Shown: piece after piece, positions 60,383 to 64,000 of the stretch
How positions within the stretch are numbered: the stretch's first letter is position 1
Layout: the number at the start of each line of letters is the position of its first letter
Assembly (NCBI GenBank): GCA_963746845.1
Contig: CAVVCZ010000004.1
Location: forward strand, 1,216,001 to 1,280,000
DNA: 64,000 nucleotides
Direction of reading: 5' to 3'
From: an uncultured Chloroflexia bacterium
Lineage (GTDB): Bacteria; Chloroflexota; Limnocylindria; Limnocylindrales; CSP1-4
Translations under genes and position numbers: made by a program
Notes under the pieces: model-generated
Database searches by the model: none
What the model saw: only the letters and a program-made list of their open reading frames with translations
What the model was told of the DNA's origin: nothing

Positions 60383-61054
60383 TCAATCGCCGGCGGGCTT
60401 GGTTCGGTCCTCGATCTCCCAGGCATGATCGAGCGCGTGCCAGGCGATCCGGTGGGCGGCGTAGCGAGCGGGCCAGCGCCGGCCGGCCAGCGGCGACCCG
60501 TCCCGGGCGGCGCGAAGGACCTCGAGCATCTGGTCGCGCATCGATCGAGCTGCCGCTGTGTCGTCCGGCGCGAACATCGCGACCTTGATGCCGATCTGGT
60601 TCGCGTAGGCGCGGTCGGCGTCCATCACGTGGGCGATGACCTTCGAGGTGTTCCGGCCGCCTCCGCGTGGACCCTTGCGGAGCTCCTCCGGCGCGGACGA
60701 GGCGATCCGATCACATGCGGTCCAGGCGGCGGCCACGATGCCCGCAAGGCGCTCGGCGGCGAGGGCATCCAGGGGGCGGGCGTCGTGCTCCGTCGGACCG
60801 CTCGGCACGCCGTACTCGGTGCCGGCCGAGCCCGGGTTGCGCTCGACGATCTCGAGATCGCGGGCCGCGACGCGCACCGGGAACGACGCGTCGACGGGCT
60901 CGGCCACCAGCGCGTAGCGCGTGGCGTACGCGGCGAGGGCCTCGAGCGCCAGGTCCTCGGTCTTGCCGGATCGGCTCCAGCCCGGCCAGTCAGCCGCCGA
61001 GGCGAACGTCTTCTTCGGCGTCTGCTCGAGCGTGACGAGGATCGGATCGGTCAT
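60383..61054 (-). CDS. Conserved hypothetical protein (C-terminal DinB-like His triad)
   Basis: DWPGWSRSGK, RKGPRGGGR, HV...AWHALDHAWEIEDR. Confidence 0.75.
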   Translation of the reverse strand: MTDPILVTLEQTPKKTFASAADWPGWSRSGKTEDLALEALAAYATRYALVAEPVDASFPVRVAARDLEIVERNPGSAGTEYGVPSGPTEHDARPLDALAAERLAGIVAAAWTACDRIASSAPEELRKGPRGGGRNTSKVIAHVMDADRAYANQIGIKVAMFAPDDTAAARSMRDQMLEVLRAARDGSPLAGRRWPARYAAHRIAWHALDHAWEIEDRTKPAGD

Positions 61055-61089
61055 CGGCTCAGGGTGTCACGCGATCCGGTCGGATGCCG

Positions 61090-61959
61090 TCAGGTACCCT
61101 GCCGTCCCGTCGAAGCGGCCAGCTCACGGACGAGCCGCGCCATCGCCTCGACGTCGGTGCCGTCGCGGCCCAGGGCATCGACGAGGGCGGACGCCACGAT
61201 GACCCCGGCGGCCCCGGCCTTCGCGATCGCCCGGACGTGGCTCGGCCGGCTGACGCCGAACCCGACGGCGACCGGCACGGGTGAGACGGCCGTCACATCG
61301 CGGACCAGCCGCCCGACCGACGCCGGGAGGGACGCGCGAGCCCCCGTGACGCCGACGAGCGACACGCAGTACAGGAAGCCGCCGCTCCGGGCGGCAACGG
61401 CGGCGCGGCGGGCGGGCGGCGTCGTCGGGGCGACGAGATAGACGACCGCCAGGTCGTGCTCGCGCGCGACGGCCTCGAACGGAGCGCCTTCGTCCGGCGT
61501 CAGGTCGGCCACGATGACCCCCGCGGCGCCGGCAGCCGCGAGCCGCCGAGCCGCCGGCGCCCCGTCGCCTCCGCCGAGGAACTGGTTCGCGTAACCCATC
61601 GGGACGATCGGGATCGATGGGCGGGCGGCGGCGATCTCCTCGATCAGCCGGAGGCTGCCCTCGAGGGTCGCGCCGGCCGCGAGCGCGACCTGGGAGGCGC
61701 GCTGGAGCGTGGCGCCGTCCGCGAGCGGATCGCTGTACGGCAGGCCGACCTCGAGGAGGTCGGCTCCGGAGTCGACCGCAGCGAGCGCGATCCGCAGGCC
61801 AACCACCGAATCCGGGTAGCCCGCGACGACGTATGGGACCAGCGCGATCCGGCCCGCCCCGTGCGCCCGATCGAACGCGGTCCGGATCCGCCGCGCCCCG
61901 GCGGTCGCGTTCGTCCCTGACGCGGCCCCGGGCGCGTCCGGAGTCGCGGTCGCGCTCAC
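61090..61959 (-). CDS. trpA: Tryptophan synthase alpha chain
   Basis: [37 protein letters not shown]. Confidence 0.96.
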   Translation of the reverse strand: MSATATPDAPGAASGTNATAGARRIRTAFDRAHGAGRIALVPYVVAGYPDSVVGLRIALAAVDSGADLLEVGLPYSDPLADGATLQRASQVALAAGATLEGSLRLIEEIAAARPSIPIVPMGYANQFLGGGDGAPAARRLAAAGAAGVIVADLTPDEGAPFEAVAREHDLAVVYLVAPTTPPARRAAVAARSGGFLYCVSLVGVTGARASLPASVGRLVRDVTAVSPVPVAVGFGVSRPSHVRAIAKAGAAGVIVASALVDALGRDGTDVEAMARLVRELAASTGRQGT

Positions 61960-64000
61960 GAGCCGGCCCCCTCCAGCCAGCGCCCGAACGAGGCGAGGTC
62001 CTTGTCGCCGCGTCCGGACAACCCGACGAGGACCACGGCCTCCTCCGGCCAGCCACGCTCGGCGGCGTGTGCGAGGAGCCGGGGCAGGACCGCGAGCGCA
62101 TGGGCGCTCTCGAGCGCCGGCAGGATCCCCTCCGTCCGCGACAGCCAGCGCATCGCCTCGAACGCCTCGTCGTCAGTCGCCGCGCCGACCTCCAGCCGGC
62201 CGGCCGACGCCAGCGCCGCGATCTGCGGACCGACCCCCGGGTAGTCCAGACCGGCCGACGCCGAGTGCGCCTCGACGACCTGCCCGTCTGCATCCTGGAG
62301 CATCATCGAGCGACTGCCGTGCAGGATCCCGGGCGTGCCGCCCGCGAGCGCTGCAGCATGCCGGCCGGTCGCGATCCCCTCCCCCGCCGCCTCCGCGACC
62401 GCGAGCCGGACCGACGGCTCGCCGATGAACCGGTCGAGCAGCCCGATCGCGTTCGACCCGCCCCCCACGCACGCCAGCACGAGGTCGGGCAGCCGGCCTT
62501 CCACCTCGGCGACCTGGACGGCGGCCTCGTCGCCGATCCGGCGCTGGAGATCGCGGACGATCGTGGGGTACGGGTGCGGACCCATCGCGGACCCCAGCAC
62601 GTAGTGGGTCGTCTCGACGTTCGTGACCCAGTCGCGCATCGCGTCGTTGACGGCGTCCTTGAGCGTGGCCGTGCCGGAGGTCACGGGCCGGACCTCCGCC
62701 CCGAGCGCCTGCATCCGCAGGACGTTCGGCTGCTGGCGCTCGATGTCGACCGCGCCCATGAACACGACGCACGGCAGATCGAGGAGCGCGCAGGCGGTTG
62801 CCGTCGCGACGCCGTGCTGGCCGGCCCCGGTCTCGGCGATCACCCGGGTCTTGCCCAGTCGTCGGGTGAGCAGCGCCTGACCGAGCGCGTTGTTGATCTT
62901 GTGCGCGCCCGTGTGCGCCAGGTCCTCGCGCTTCAGGTGCAGGCGGAGGCGACGGGGCAGCCGCGCGGTCGCGTCGAGGGCCACCGCGCGCTCCAGCGAC
63001 TCGTAGGCGAGCGTATCGGCCCGGTAGAGCGGAGTGGGACGGCCGGCGTAGTGGGCGAGGAGCTCGCGGAGCTCGGACCAGAACACCGGGTCCAGGCGGA
63101 TCTGGCCGTAGGCCGTCTCGAGCCCCTCGAGCGCCGCCATCAGCGTCTCCGGCACGTAGCGGCCCCCGAACTGGCGGTCGATCCCCCAGCGGCCACGCTC
63201 GTCGGCGAGCAGCAGTCCCGGGTGGGCGTCGGTCGGGCGGGCGGGCACGTGTGGCCGGTCCAGGCGGGCGCCGCGGGCGCGCTTCACGAAGATCGCGACC
63301 CGGAGCGGGTCCTTCGTCGGACGCTCGCCGGCGATCCGCGGGCGCTCCGTCCCCGACGCACTGTCGACGCCGGTCGCCGGGATCTCGCGGAGGGCACTCG
63401 CGACGTTGGCGGGATCCAGCCCGCCGGCGAGGACCACCGGGACCTGACGGGCCACGGCAGCGGCAAGCTCCGTCGCGACCCGCGTCCCGGTTCCTCCCGG
63501 ATGTGGTCCGCCCGCCGCGTCGAGCAGGATCCGCTCGGCGCCGGCGGCGAGGAAGGCCCGCGCCCGATCCACGACCGCAGCGGGCGTGTCGCGATCCGCC
63601 GAGACACGGAGGGCCTTCCAGACCGGACGCCCCGTGGCGCGAACGTCGTCGGTCGTCTCGTCGCCCGAGAGCTGGACCGCGTCGGGGTCGACGGCGGCGA
63701 CGATCTCGGCGATCCGCTCCGGGCCCGCGTCGGCGGTGATCGCCACAACCCGCGGCGGGGTCGCCGCGAGCGACCGCGCGATCCGGGCGAGGGCCACGGC
63801 CTCGGTCAGCGTCAGCTCCCGTGGCGTGCCCGGAACGAGGTTGAGCCCGATCGCGTCGGCACCGGACCGGACGGCCGCCAGGACCCCTTCGGCGTCCGTG
63901 ATCCCGCACACCTTCACGAGCGCGGCCGCGCCGCGGTTCGCGGGATCGGTCGGCGGACGACCGGCGGCGACGAAGGCACGGGCCGCGGCGGCCGGGTCCT
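61956..64000 (-). CDS. trpB: Fused (TrpC)-TrpF-TrpB protein, 5' end beyond the window
   Basis: TrpF ([27 protein letters not shown]) in frame with TrpB ([41 protein letters not shown]); frame open to the window edge. Confidence 0.92.
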   Translation of the reverse strand, partial: DPAAAARAFVAAGRPPTDPANRGAAALVKVCGITDAEGVLAAVRSGADAIGLNLVPGTPRELTLTEAVALARIARSLAATPPRVVAITADAGPERIAEIVAAVDPDAVQLSGDETTDDVRATGRPVWKALRVSADRDTPAAVVDRARAFLAAGAERILLDAAGGPHPGGTGTRVATELAAAVARQVPVVLAGGLDPANVASALREIPATGVDSASGTERPRIAGERPTKDPLRVAIFVKRARGARLDRPHVPARPTDAHPGLLLADERGRWGIDRQFGGRYVPETLMAALEGLETAYGQIRLDPVFWSELRELLAHYAGRPTPLYRADTLAYESLERAVALDATARLPRRLRLHLKREDLAHTGAHKINNALGQALLTRRLGKTRVIAETGAGQHGVATATACALLDLPCVVFMGAVDIERQQPNVLRMQALGAEVRPVTSGTATLKDAVNDAMRDWVTNVETTHYVLGSAMGPHPYPTIVRDLQRRIGDEAAVQVAEVEGRLPDLVLACVGGGSNAIGLLDRFIGEPSVRLAVAEAAGEGIATGRHAAALAGGTPGILHGSRSMMLQDADGQVVEAHSASAGLDYPGVGPQIAALASAGRLEVGAATDDEAFEAMRWLSRTEGILPALESAHALAVLPRLLAHAAERGWPEEAVVLVGLSGRGDKDLASFGRWLEGAGS

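Overview
High-GC bacterial core-genome window. The 16S V4 sequence and gene features look like Chloroflexota, most likely the KD4-96/Ellin6529 (Limnocylindria) lineage; this rests on sequence recognition, not a search. From 1-32.6 kb on the minus strand: start of the S10 operon, str operon, rpoBC, rplKAJL, nusG/secE, a second identical tuf, four tRNAs, rlmB, cysS, ispDF, yacL, radA, clpC and rpsA. Then come an fpg/nei gene, a LysM protein and a complete rRNA operon (16S-Ile-Ala-23S-5S) with tandem promoters. Next are recR-ybaB-dnaX-large SRP RNA, tRNA-Ser genes, tadA, a PPi-type pfk, a FIST/adenylate cyclase pair and tRNA-Arg/Ser. The window ends with a shikimate (aro) operon converging on the trp operon. 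No transposase, integrase or CRISPR array was seen. Main observations: (1) TadA has lost its catalytic Glu (HAE to HAV, as in eukaryotic ADAT3), and the nearby tRNA-Arg has anticodon GCG instead of ACG; (2) a Phe/Tyr leader-peptide attenuator (MNTLFYFRHPA) precedes the aro operon; (3) a 45-bp palindromic repeat family has four copies with compensatory base-pair changes, two abutting tRNA CCA ends and one flanked by a duplicated rplL 3' end; (4) a probable TrpC-TrpF-TrpB triple fusion; (5) a FIST (NosP-like) gene coupled to an sGC-like adenylate cyclase; (6) natural resistance-type residues in S12 and RpoB; (7) a 23S insertion at the 'actinobacterial' domain III site.
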